The position numbers were made by a program, and so were the translations under genes. DNA of 64,000 bases from Octopus sinensis (Eukaryota). Below the pieces are notes generated by a model. It saw only the letters and a list, made by a program, of their open reading frames with translations, was not told where the DNA came from and ran no database searches. Shown piece by piece: positions 42,972 through 54,730 of this stretch (positions are counted from its first letter, which is position 1; the number at the start of each line of letters is the position of its first letter). The stretch is taken from the NCBI RefSeq assembly GCF_006345805.1, contig NW_021832127.1, positions 62,001 to 126,000 of the forward strand. Reading direction: 5' to 3'.

Positions 42972-43275
42972 CCTTTTCCCTATCCCTAACCTAATCCCTA
43001 ACCCTAACAAAAAAAAATCATTATTTTTGAAAGCCGACGATAGCGGACTCTTTTCGATCGATCTATGTCTTCCGTGAATTCTCCGAATCGTTGATAATTT
43101 TTGATTAAATCATTTCAGCATTCCAGAGGGTAACCTTCATGCCCACACAAAAATAGTAATTAATAGTATTTTATAATTTTACAAAATAAATATCTATATA
43201 ATAAAATACACCTACGGCATAGGCACACCACTGGACCGTGACATAATATTTCATTAATTCAAATAATATCTAAAA

Positions 43276-44230
43276 ATGTGTTAATTATTTAAATTTTGAT
43301 TGGCGCTTTGCCGATTTCCTCTGCTGGAATGTTGCTGGACGACGAATCTGTCCGCATCGGAATCTGTTTACGGCTTGGCATAGAGATTTGCCTGCCACAT
43401 CAGTGCAGATGCGGAAAGGTCATTGACAGGAGAGGGCTACACCCCCTCTCTTGTCGCCTCAGTACCGGCCGTATACCCAGACATGCCGCCTTGAATGATA
43501 TTGTCAAGCGCGCGCTCAACGCCGCTGGATTCCCTTCGGTCCTAGAGCCGGTTGGTTTAGACCGTGGCGACGGAAAACGTCCCGACGGGTCCACGCTATT
43601 CCCGTTCAAGGGGGGACTCGCTCTCGTTTGGGACGTGACCTGTGTCGACTCGTTTTCCTCGTCATCTCTCATGGACTCTGCCTCCCGCCCTGGCTCAGCC
43701 TCCGCACATGCCGAAACAAAAAAAATAACAAAGTATGCCGCATTGGAGAACACCTGCCTTTTCGTCCCCCTGTTTTTCGAAACGAGCGGATAATCGGCCC
43801 AAAAGCTCTTGAGTTCCTTTCGGAATCGGCTTGATGATCTCAAGGAAGAGTCACGAGAGACGTGAGTCTAGTTGGCTTTTTCAGCGCATTTCGCTCGCGA
43901 TATTGCGCGGAAACTGCCTATCTATTTGCGCGTCCTCTCAATCAAAGAATTAACATCATTAATTTACTTAATTAACAATTATTTTAGTTTAATAAAAAAA
44001 AAAAAATTTTGATTTTTGCTGGGAAAGCCGACACGACTGCAGAAGGAAACACAGAAATATTGCTAAAAGAGCAAAATCTGAACGAAATGTTTAAAAATCG
44101 TTATACTGAACAAGACCGGGATTATACAAATCACATATCTCGCTACTTACCTGTGGACGCCACTCCTCCTGTTCTTTTGGGATGGTCTCCTTTCAAAATG
44201 GAAAACTTTGAAAAACGTTGTGACAAATAA
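43276..44230 (+). CDS. RAMAC: RNMT-activating mini-protein (RAM/FAM103A1-like), 68 aa, first intron contains a CRE copy
   Basis: ATGT (43276-43279) spliced GTT...AAG to 44028 gives MSDTTAEG...NEMFKNRYTEQDRDYTNHISRYLPVDATPPVLLGWS, matching the remembered RAM motif EEMFASRFTENDKEY...PPIVEEW. Confidence 0.72.
43302..44003 (+). mobile_element. 5'-truncated CRE-like retrotransposon inside RAMAC intron 1
   Basis: Zinc finger + GDGKRPDG RLE; poly(A); TSD AAATTTTGATT at 43291-43301 and 44004-44014; close relative of 46771-47543. Confidence 0.92.
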
Positions 44231-45093
44231 AAAGAATTGTTTTAATATTTTTAAAAGAGTTTGGGTTGTTGCAAGATGGAATAGAATTTGCAAATTCTTT
44301 TGTCAGATAAGTCCTGTCTAGTCATGCTGACAGGAACTAAAATAAAAAAATTTGTAATAAATGTAGTCTTGCTTTTCCCTGTTGAAGAGATTGGTTATGT
44401 TACGAATGAAGAGACGACATGGCAGGTTATGTTTTATCAGTTGTTTTGATTTTTTTAAATTTCTGTTTATTTAATATTCCTCTAATTTTTGCATTCGGAA
44501 TTCACGATGAGGGGACTGTCTATGACTGTAAAAGGGTAGGAAACACAATGTTTCTTTCCCTGGGGATTGTCGAACACAAAAAAATAACAAATCTGACCAG
44601 GGTCGTGAAATAACTGCCATTAAAAATTACTTATTTCTAAAAGTTAGCCCGAAAAGTAGGGTGTCTCCAGGCTGAGGTCTGGGCCAAACCGGGGTCGGAC
44701 TATACTTAAAATTCCTTTCGAACATTTACAAATTAGATGAGATGGAAGACTAGCTTGATATCAATTCTGATTCTTCGATTTTTGATAAATTCCAAAAATT
44801 CTTTTGTGAATACTGAAGAAGCATCAAAGATAGTTAAAAAATTAAAATCATTTTGTATCAAAAAGAAAATTTCGATATAAATTCGCCTGAGCTGAATGCC
44901 GTGATAGGTCATATGCTGAGTCAATATTTTTGTCGGTCATTAAGATGACAAAAAAGGGAGGATTTATTATACTAAAAAGGACAATTAATGTACTTAATTT
45001 TATAAAAATGGATAAATAATTAGGTTTTAATATTCGAATATCTGACCTAATTAGATCGTTTAAATTACATACCGGCGCTCAATTTTTTACTAA

Positions 45094-46140
45094 ATGTCTT
45101 TGACAAGTAATAACACAACTCTTATAATTCAGCATTAGGAAATGTCCGAGGGAGAGGAATAGTAGTGGCATCTACATTTTTTTGTTTGAGTATTATTTAT
45201 ACACAGAGAGTCAATCTAAATGTGGTTGCTGCAGGAATTGTTACTGTTGACAAATATGACACAAAGAATGTAAATAACCATATATGATTTCAAGAAACTG
45301 TTTGTTCGGACTACTGGAGAACGAGGAAGCGCTTTGATGTCGTTTTATATAGGATACACTCTGACTTAAATTCTTGGTGGAGTGTTGGCTAAAAAATATG
45401 GCCAAAAATTAATTCTTACAATCTCGATCATAATATCAACTGTAATGTGTGTTTTTTCGCCCTTGGCAATTGAATACTCTGTTTATGCCCTGATAGCTTT
45501 GAGAATAATCATGGAACTTGTACAGGTCTAAAATGTTTTGATAGTTTTTAGGGATGCATTTTTCCTGCAATCTTTCTCATTATTGTGAACTGGTTTCCGG
45601 ACAATTATCGAAGCACAGGCAATGGAATGATCATACCAGGCATTTTTGATTGATAATATTCAGGGATCAATGTTGGTTCTATTTTATCTTATTCGGTTGT
45701 TTCTGGGCTGGCAAAAAACGAGTGTTATATTTTTGGCATATTTTTAGTTAATTTTATTTTCAGGAGGTTTAGCAACTCTTTATTTAATATTTTTTCTTGT
45801 CTTTTTTACCGACTCTCCAAAGGATAACAAATGGATCACTTCAGAAGAAAAAAAATTTTTGGAAGAAAACGTTACCGTAAAAACTTCCAAGACTATTAAG
45901 GAAAAATTTTGATTTTATTTTTAGGATTTTCCGTGGCGCCAGGCACTGACCTCAAAAGTTTTTTTGTCCTTATTATTTGCGTATTCTGCAGAATCATATA
46001 GCGTGTTTTTGCTTATTAGTTATAATTCGTGGATAATCGACGGGTTGTATAATATTGAAGTAAAAAATGTATTCTTGAATAAATATTAAATTGCAAACGA
46101 ACATTACATTTTTAATTCCAATCGTTTCTTGGCTTGGAGG
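45094..46140 (+). pseudogene. SLC17-family MFS anion transporter, N-terminal half, disrupted
   Basis: IIYTQRVNLNV, SFYIGYTLT*ILGG (TAA at 45367), LRIIMELVQGCIFPA...WFP, TDSPKDNKWITSEEK, FPWRQALTSK; in-frame stop, a frameshift, and no C-terminal half found. Confidence 0.78.
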
Positions 46141-46770
46141 ATTTGTTTCATGCTATTTATCTGACGTTCTTGTCCGAAGGGAGGCAATGGGGAAATTAAA
46201 GTTGAGAAACTCATTTTTGCTCTTCGTGTAAATTATGCAACATCAGAAAGAACGGTTACCATTGCTCTTCCTTTGATCGTTTTTTTCACCTTTCCGCTTC
46301 GGAAAATCTAAGTTGTCTGTCGAGGTGGCCTTGCCCCTGCTGTCTTCCTAGCTTTAGGCAATCAAGCCTGGTCCAGCAGTCGGTAGTCTCTTCTCCAGAC
46401 AAATTCTTAATCAAACGAAATTGGTGAAGGCATTCTTCACCCGCTCGTCCGGATTCTACAAATCTATAGTTATTCTATCTCGGATTCCTAAATCGACCTC
46501 AAAAATCTTCAACGCATTAAAAGATGGCTGAAAAATGCAAACGACCTTGATAATCTCAGGGGTATAGCACGCAACCGCCCATCCGGAAAAAATATGTGTG
46601 ACGCAGTTTCATGTGTGACAAAAATAGCTTTTTCTTTACGTAATGTTCCGATAGTGAAAATAATGATATAATTTTTATGTAGATTGAATCATAGTTAATC
46701 CTTCACCCTCTTTTAACTATTAAAAAGCCTCTAAATGCAATATTAAACTATATTAATCAAACTGCTTATA

Positions 46771-47543
46771 CTCGAAGATATCCGCCTACGTGCTGACCAA
46801 TTTCAGTTGGCAAGCATCAATTGTGCCTGTCAACCCCACTTGGGCGATTGGCTTGACGCTTTGCCGATTTCCTCTGCTGGAATGTTGCTGGACGACGAAT
46901 CTGTCCGCATCGGAATCTGTTTACGGCTTGGCATAGAGATTTGCCAGCCGCACCATTGCAGATGTGGACAACTCATTGACAGGAGAGGTTTACACCCTCT
47001 CTCTTGTCGCCTCAGTGCCGGCAGGATCCCCAGGCACGCCTCATTGAATGACGTTGTGAAGCGCGCGCTTAACGCCGCTGGATTTCCCTCGATGTTGGAA
47101 CCGATAGGACTAGACCGTGGAGATGGAAAACGCCCTGACGGGTCGACCTTATTCCCGTTCAGGAAGGGAATGGCACTCGTGTGGGATGTTACCTGCGTAG
47201 ACTCATTTTCTCCTTCATCGTTGGTCGACTCCGCTTCTCGTCCTGGATCTGCATCTGGCCTTGTTGAATCTAGGAAAACTGCTAAATATGCCTCTTTGAC
47301 CGATACCTGCTGCTTCATTCCCCTGGCTTTCGAGACCAGTGGGATAATTGGACCCAAAGCCCTCAAACTCCTCTTAGAGATTGGTTCAATCATCTCGAGG
47401 GGGAGTCACGACAGTCGTGAAACGAGCTGGCTTTTTCAGCGGATATCGTTCGCGATATTACGTGGAAATCGCCTGTCCATCCGCTCGGCGACTCATCTAG
47501 TTTAGTTAACTTCTCTTCTCTAATTTTCTTGTTTCAAAAAAAA
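46771..47543 (+). mobile_element. 5'-truncated CRE-like retrotransposon
   Basis: ORF 46807-47505 with zinc finger and RLE; poly(A); TSD AAACTGCTTATA at 46759-46770 and 47544-47555. Confidence 0.93.
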
Positions 47544-48133
47544 AAACTGCTTATAAAGGTAGTCAAACTGCTTATAAAGGTATTCAAGATACAAATCAAA
47601 CTTCTTGTACAGGTAGTCAAAAGACTTTAACTTTAATGATTCCCCCTAGTACCTTCAAAATGATTTTCTTCATCACGAGCCTACCTTATTCTCATTGCAT
47701 GATCGGTTCTTTCCCGGGTGAAGGATTATTAACACCTTTTACAGTTCTTATTTTTGAGATAATCTTTCAAACTCACCTAACGGAAAGTTCGAGACCTATT
47801 TGTTGGCGGAATGGCCTTTTACTGAGGCTGAAATCATTGCTTCAGTAGGGTAGTCCTTAAGGATTTACTTTTCGCAAAACTATACAAGTAATTTAAATTT
47901 AGGAAAAAATAAAATTCAATTTATTAGATTACTAGTTACTTTATATTAAATAAAGGTAATCGTAAAGTTGAGACAATGACAAGAAACGACCTTTCAATAA
48001 AGAAATAACCTTTTCATAACTTATTTGGCATCTTTGTTAAGAAAAAAATACCCTATACGATCAAGGAATAACCTTTTCAGAATCAAAAATAGTTGTCTCG
48101 CGATTTCATTGTAATATTTTCATTTAAGGTTAT

Positions 48134-48750
48134 GTCGACAGAGAAGGCCACCCCAGACTGACGATAGTCACGGGAGGATAAGCGAATGAATCTTTTTTCA
48201 TTAATCAAACCACAAAAGGCGAATCACACGACGCTCCAACGTGGAAAATCCCCTTTAAAAAATTTCTAAAAATCCTCGGCGTGACTTACGATAGTCATAT
48301 GTGTTTCTCCCAACAAGTTGAAAATGTTACAACTGCATGAAGAAATTGAAGATCTTAAAAATGTTCCTTCGAAAATACAAACAATGGATCAGCTTCCCCA
48401 CACATGCCAATCAATCTACCGGCAATACATCGAACCCTCCATTAGTTATGCTTGGGGCGTGGGGAGGGTTTGTCAGTGAAACGAATCGTGAAAAAATCGA
48501 AAAAACTCAATAAAGATTTCGGAAAGCACTACAAGGACCAAATGAACATCTATCATTCGCCTCATTGAAAGAAATCTTGGGAAGGAACCATGGGCTTACA
48601 GGCCCTAAAACTCAACCACCGCGCCCTCATAGAAATTGTGTCGGGACTAGAGAGCAGCACCGGGCAAAGATGAGGACCCTCCTCAGAGAAGCCGGGATCA
48701 CCTGATTAGTTAGTTCTATGTTTTGGACGGTGATCTTGGTTGTATTAATA
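48134..48750 (+). mobile_element. 3' fragment of the REAGIT* LINE family
   Basis: KILGVTYD, YRQYIEPSISYAWG, LLREAGIT*; TSD ATTTAAGGTTAT at 48122-48133 and 48751-48762. Confidence 0.82.
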
Positions 48751-48865
48751 ATTTAAGGTTATATGTCCGGTTCAACTAAATTCAAAATACTGCGCTATTT
48801 TGTAGTCAGAAACTATAACATTTACACGTTGTAAATAAATTATTTTATCTATATTTTGCTTATAT

Positions 48866-50250
48866 TTAATTAAATCTGGTTAGTTTTCTTAAATATCCCT
48901 TTGGGAGTTGAACGAAAAGAACTCCGAAAATAAATATTCCACTTGAAGCAGAAAGTACCACAAATAAATACTCAACAATTCTGAATTCACTTTGAATTTT
49001 GATTGCGAATCCAAATATCCAACAGAGTCCTAGATAGATAATCTCAAAAACTTTACCAAGGAGTATCCCAGAACAGAGAGCGAGTTTATTTACTAACTTC
49101 GGCTTCATTTTGACTTTGTAAATGTTGTAGCATATGGTCACAAACATTACCCAGTTTGAGATTACAACAAATCCAACAGGAAGATAGACCGCCAAATATA
49201 TGCTCATACCCTGTAGCCAGCAACTGAAGACATATTTATCAAACTGCTTACTTGTGTTCTGGGATATAGGAAGTTTTGTCGATTCCCAAGACAAAGCCAA
49301 TTATAATAAAGGGAAACACTATATTAAAGGTAATACTCAAACCAATAGAACATAGAACGAGACTGTAGTAGTAAGCCTTTGATCGAATTATAAGCACTTG
49401 TACAAATTTGTGGTAATGAAAAATAGCCAAAGACAGCATGATTCCAAACATTGCTAATAATCCGTAATGAAAGATACTCCCAACGGCTGTACAATTTATC
49501 TGAGAGGTTCTTCCCAAGTCTAGCAGCAAAAAAGACGTGTTCGTGATTAAGACAGTAACGGAAAGGACTGCTATAAGAATTTGAAGAACTGAAGACATGC
49601 ATTGCCTTGATATGGTCAATCAAAATTTTGATTTACTTATAATTTGCAAAAAAGAAGACTAATGTCAGGAACGAAAAAAAGTTTGATGAGCAAAGACAAA
49701 TGGTTGTGAGCAAATCCGTTGCCGGGTTATATTCCAGATTTTCACTCTAACAAATAAAATGGCCAATAATACGAATATTATAGCGAAACTGCTCAAATGA
49801 GAGTAAGAACAAATGATTGAGTTGTTTTCTCTTTTAAACTCACCATCGGTCACCCATCTATCATTATCGTCATCGTAATATCCGCATTTCATTCCTTCCC
49901 GAACGGCAGAGTCGAGTAACTTGAATTGAAATTTTAAAAATAACAACAAATGTAATATTGACCAAAGAACCCGAAAATGTCGTTTTCAAATTCCTCCCCT
50001 TAGCGGTGATAACTGGAGAGGTCTGATAACGCTGAGAATACAAAGATAGATTTTTGATAATATTAAATGTGATTTTGGCGTCTAAAATAATGAGATATAG
50101 TGACTGGAATTTTTTTCGCGAAGATAGTTTTCGGGAAGCTCAACATTAAATTTGTGGTGTTCAAAATTAGGATAAAATGCCAACATGCTGCATATGCTGT
50201 GGTGATCTGATATCCCCACACTACCACTGCAAACTTCATTTCCGCCAAGT
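48866..50250 (-). CDS. Adhesion GPCR (GAIN/GPS + secretin-type 7TM); N-terminus not resolved
   Basis: GPS CGYY...W.TDG...CSYSHLSSFAI followed by CTAVGSIFHYGLLA, SCWLQ, YLPVGFVVISN, LLGLCWIFG, SSGIFIF over short introns. Confidence 0.8.
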
Positions 50251-51004
50251 TCAAAACAAGTATTATTCCCAGTGTTATGAAAATGAAAATTTTCGAATAA
50301 ATTACGAAACCTATATTTTATTTATGTGAATACATTGTCTTGACTCGAGAAATTTTTTTAGTATTTTTTGTTATTTTTGCAACTTTTCTTAAAATTCTAT
50401 TTTTTGATTCATACAAAATTTCGAATAACTAAAAAATTAATATTTTGCTATTGCTTTAAATCCATTTGCAATCTCCTCAAAAGCACTTTCAAATGCTTGT
50501 TTTAATAATTCCACGTCTGCTAAAAAGATATTAATGTCTTCCTTATTTTCAGTTGTCCTCAAAATTGCATTTATTTTGTCAAAAAACTAAATTAATAATA
50601 AATTATATCAAAACTTGGCTGTCCTGTGCCCGGGATAATACAATGAAGAATAATAAAAAACACCCTAGAAACATACTAAAATAAAAATTAGAGAGGAAAA
50701 ACGATATTTATTCCAGATTACTGCGCTATTATTCTTGGAAATGTCGAAATCAAATTATAATAAGGGTTACTTTGATTCATATGACAATATATAATTAAGA
50801 TTTATTAATTACTTTAATTACTTTAATATAAACAATATTTTGCAAGATTTCAATAATCACAAGGAAAATAGATAATAAAAATCTCATAAATTCTCAATAC
50901 CTAACAAAAAGTTTATCTTTGTGTTAATTCTAAAATTTAGCAAAAAATGATCTTTTAAGCTTCTATTAACTATCTCAAAAATCAACAAAAGAACAGACGA
51001 ATTC

Positions 51005-51520
51005 CTTCACATTGCAGTTTCTCTGCGCTTGGAATTAAACATCTGCCGTGAGCATCAATGCCGCTGCGGTCAGTCGATTGACACCTTAAGACTACAACCG
51101 CTATCTTGCTATTGTTACGCAAGCCGTTTTTCTCGCCAAGCTGGGCTTTATGATGTGGTGAGCCGTGCCCTGGCATTGCGGGATTCCCTAATGTGCTGGA
51201 ACCAGTCGGATTAGATCGCGGAGGTGGAAATGACAACATTTTCTTTCAATTACGGAAAATGCCTCATCTGGGACGTGACATGCTCCGACACATTCTAAGT
51301 CAATAATCTGATCTCTTCAGTTGCGGTGAGCCACGTGGAGCTCGCATACACAAAGAAATATCGTCGTGACCAGAAATCACATATTTGCACGATAGCCATG
51401 GAAACATCCAGTGTTGTCGGCTCGGAATCACTTTTTTTCCTTTTTCGGCTGGGGACGAAGATTGCTTAGCAAAATAAGGATCCCAACGAGACTCGTCATC
51501 TTTTTTCAGAGTATTGTTAG
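51005..51520 (+). mobile_element. Degenerate CRE-like zinc finger/RLE fragment
   Basis: IAVSLRLG.NICREHQCRCG, PVGLDRGG, LIWDVTCSDT, AMETSSV with frameshifts. Confidence 0.75.
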
Positions 51521-53435
51521 GTCATTATGTGCGCCGTCAGTGTAAAATAATTTTTGACTGTGTTTTCTTTTTTCGTTAAATCAAGTGTTTCATTAAAAAA
51601 CAAAAGATATATTCCAAATAACGATGAAAATTATGTAAATGAATTATGACACACTTATCTACCAATTATGTCGTCATCTTTGCATAGATTAAAATTAACA
51701 AGGAATTCGAAAGACCTTCCACTATTTTCCGACATTGCCATAAATTGTAAATCTTTCTTAAGTTATCTCACTAATTGGCGTCAAGTTCAGGATTGTCTCT
51801 TTTTGCCAAACACATAGACATCATTGACATAAAACTTAGCGCATATTTGCTTTTTGTCGTCAAGTTTTTTTGTTGAAATAAATTATGACGCCAAATTTTT
51901 GTTTAAAAACAATCCCCTACGCCATCCGATACTTGGTTAAATTACATTCTAAAATGCTACCCTAAAACAATAAACCTCTGCTTATTTACTAAAAAGATAG
52001 ATTCTAAAGTTGCCGATGGGGATGTGGCATAGACCTGACTACATGCAAGTGCTCTTTTATTTATTTTTGTAAATAATGTATCAATAAACTAAATAGAGCC
52101 TCCTACAATGCTAAATTTAGAATTAATCTGGTACAAACTTCATTTATTCATTTCCGCAATGGAAAATCGGTCGTGCCCCAGATAGCCATTCACTTCGGTC
52201 TTATTATTGCACTCAACTTCTCTGGAAAGTAAAAACGTCTCTATCTTCTTCACAGTGCATTTTGAAATCATTATATCGATCTCATTCAAGAGTGCTCTTA
52301 TCAACACTACTCATCTCAAATGCAATTGGAACGAATTTCACACTGTTTTGAGAGTAAATAAAAATCACGTTTAGAAATTTAAATAAAATATTGATTATGT
52401 ATCTTAATTTTTCAAATATTAGCAATCAACCATCTCCCTCCTACCAAAAAAGGGGAGAATCGTCCACCGTTGAGAACCACTTGACTAATGCATGTAAGTT
52501 TAATTTAACTCCTGTAATAGTGGAAAAGTGCAATTGTATATTGTTCTTTTTAACGAATCTTTTTCTTGTTTCAATTCCATCACATTTGTTTAATTCCTTC
52601 GATAATAGATGAATCGACTATTTTTAATTACATGGGTAATCTATTAAGTTTAAAAAAAGTATGCTAAGTTAATGTTTGACAGATAAAAACGAGATAAAAT
52701 AAAATTTATAAAACCTCCAATCCTCGCGATACATGTAAACTGTTCTAAAAAGATTTCAGCTGCAGCATGAAATATTCTATTCTTTACGTTACAAGACGTT
52801 GTCCTGCTACATTTTAATTTTAATAAAAAATATGATAATGAAAATATAAATTTTTAATAAATTTTGAGAGAAGAATAAAGACGACAAGCCGATTCTGTCG
52901 TCTTCTACCTGTAATTCAGAAGGAACAAATAATTGCCTTATAAAATATATTAAAATCCAGCAAAAAATGAAAAACAAAAAAGATGATAATGCGACGAAAT
53001 TGAATTAGGAAACGAAATCGTACTTTCTCATGATGGCGATTCACAAAGATAATAGATGGTACCCATTGTATGACCAAGCTTCTACCAAAAAATACTGAGT
53101 CATGAATAAAGGAAAATTACTGTCTGTTCGAAAAAACTTGAAATTGAAATTCAAAAACAATAATTTTAGATATTTAATGAATAATTCATAAATAGAATTT
53201 AAAAAAACTTTTTTTTGAAAATCATCAATAATTTAAAACCGTACACGTCTGGACTGTGAAATTTATTAACCAAAAACATCAATAATCGTAAGTTTATACT
53301 CCATTCTTTGTGAATAAACTTTTAATTGAAAAGAATTATTTCATTTTGTCCAAAATGGCTAAAATTCTTTTAATATGTACTTTTTTCCTTAGGGCTTAGT
53401 TAATTTTGACAAACTTAATTAATATAAATTCAGTA

Positions 53436-54550
53436 TAACATTTTCAGTTCAATTCTAAAATTTTTTATATTAATTTTGACAATTCAATATTCAATTTTGA
53501 CACTTTTTTCATCAATTTTGACATTTTTTATGTTAATTTTGACTTTTGCCGATTTTTCATTTATTTTATATTTTCTGATTCGCCGTTCTTGTACAAATTT
53601 TATGTCAAGAAAAAATTCAAGAGTGTCAGAAGCTACAAGAAGAGCACTTATAAATAAGGATGAAAAGAGTGTACAGCCTGCTCGCGATCTTGGGTCAGAC
53701 TACAGCTATAGCCATTGGAAGAAATGGAAATCCGTATTTTTGTAAACGTGGAGGTAGAAGGGATGTTCGATTAAACTTACGGATGATGATATGAATTTGA
53801 TAATTGAAAAAATTGAGAATAATTCATCGATAACACTGAGGAATTACGAAAATTGGTAATAATAAAGTTTGTATTGCGACAATATATAATCGACTTGATG
53901 GGCGATTGAATACCTACAAAATGCTGCGAAGATAACCAATTTCAAGGAAAAATCCAGAAAATATAGAAAAATATTTTCATTGGATTATTAACGTAATAAA
54001 AATAGAAAAATACATTTGGAAGAAACAAATTTAATCTCTTTACATAAAAAAATTCGGCCGATCCTATATGCGATCACGTGTGATAGTTTCAGTAAGGACA
54101 AGAAAAGGAGTGAATCTTAACGTCATTTTAGCAATTGATAAGAATGGAACAATTGTAAGATTTGAATCACATTGGATCTATAAAATCTAAATTTAGCAAT
54201 TTTATGACGGCATTATCTGACAATTTAGTTGAAGAGAAAATTATTATTTATATGGATAATGCTCAAATCCATAAAAAACAAGGAAATTTTAAAGGCGTGC
54301 GAGTAGAACATGCAATTCGAAGATTTGATCCACCATATTCTCCGCAGCTTAATCCATTGATTAATAAAATTGTCTTTATTAACTCTCATCTTGATTTAGC
54401 CGATTAGAAAAAGTCCTTGTATGTATCCAAACGGCCAATTTTGTCAAAATTGATCGAAAAAATGTCAAAATTGCTTATTGCATTGTCAAAGTTGAATGTT
54501 GCATTTTCAGAATTGATGCAAAAAGTGTCAAAATTGAACTGAAAATGGTA
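53436..54550 (+). mobile_element. Tc1/IS630-like element, degenerate
   Basis: TIR TA(A/C)CATTTTCAGTTCAATT at both ends flanked by TA; subterminal TTTTGACA repeats; YMDNAQIH...PYSPQLNP; paralog of 61839-64000. Confidence 0.85.
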
Positions 54551-54730
54551 TAGTTAAGGGAATCTGCTAATCTCTTGAAGAATTATTTTTTTAAAAGTAT
54601 GATGTTTTATTCCAAAAATTAATGGAAACCACAATCATTTTAAAAATGAATAATAATTCTAGGATTTGTCACGATAAAACGGTTTTATAGTAGAACAAAA
54701 ACAAAATTATAGAAATGAATTTGATAAACA

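Larger units (their letters stand above)
41202..43243. mobile_element. Non-autonomous TGT...ACA (Ginger-like) element, about 880 bp without the nested Merlin
   Basis: TIR TGTCACGGTCCA..(G)GTGTGCCTATGCCGTAGGTGT at 41202, inverse ending GGACCGTGACA at 43243; 5-bp TSD TAATA at 41197-41201 and 43244-43248. Confidence 0.87.

Noticed and set aside
45367-45369. TAA at a conserved Gln position in SLC17, suggesting stop-to-Gln recoding
   Set aside because: ACAT2, ARPC3 and MRPS28 end at TAA exactly where homologs end, and the SLC17 copy has other lesions; a CAA-to-TAA mutation is simpler
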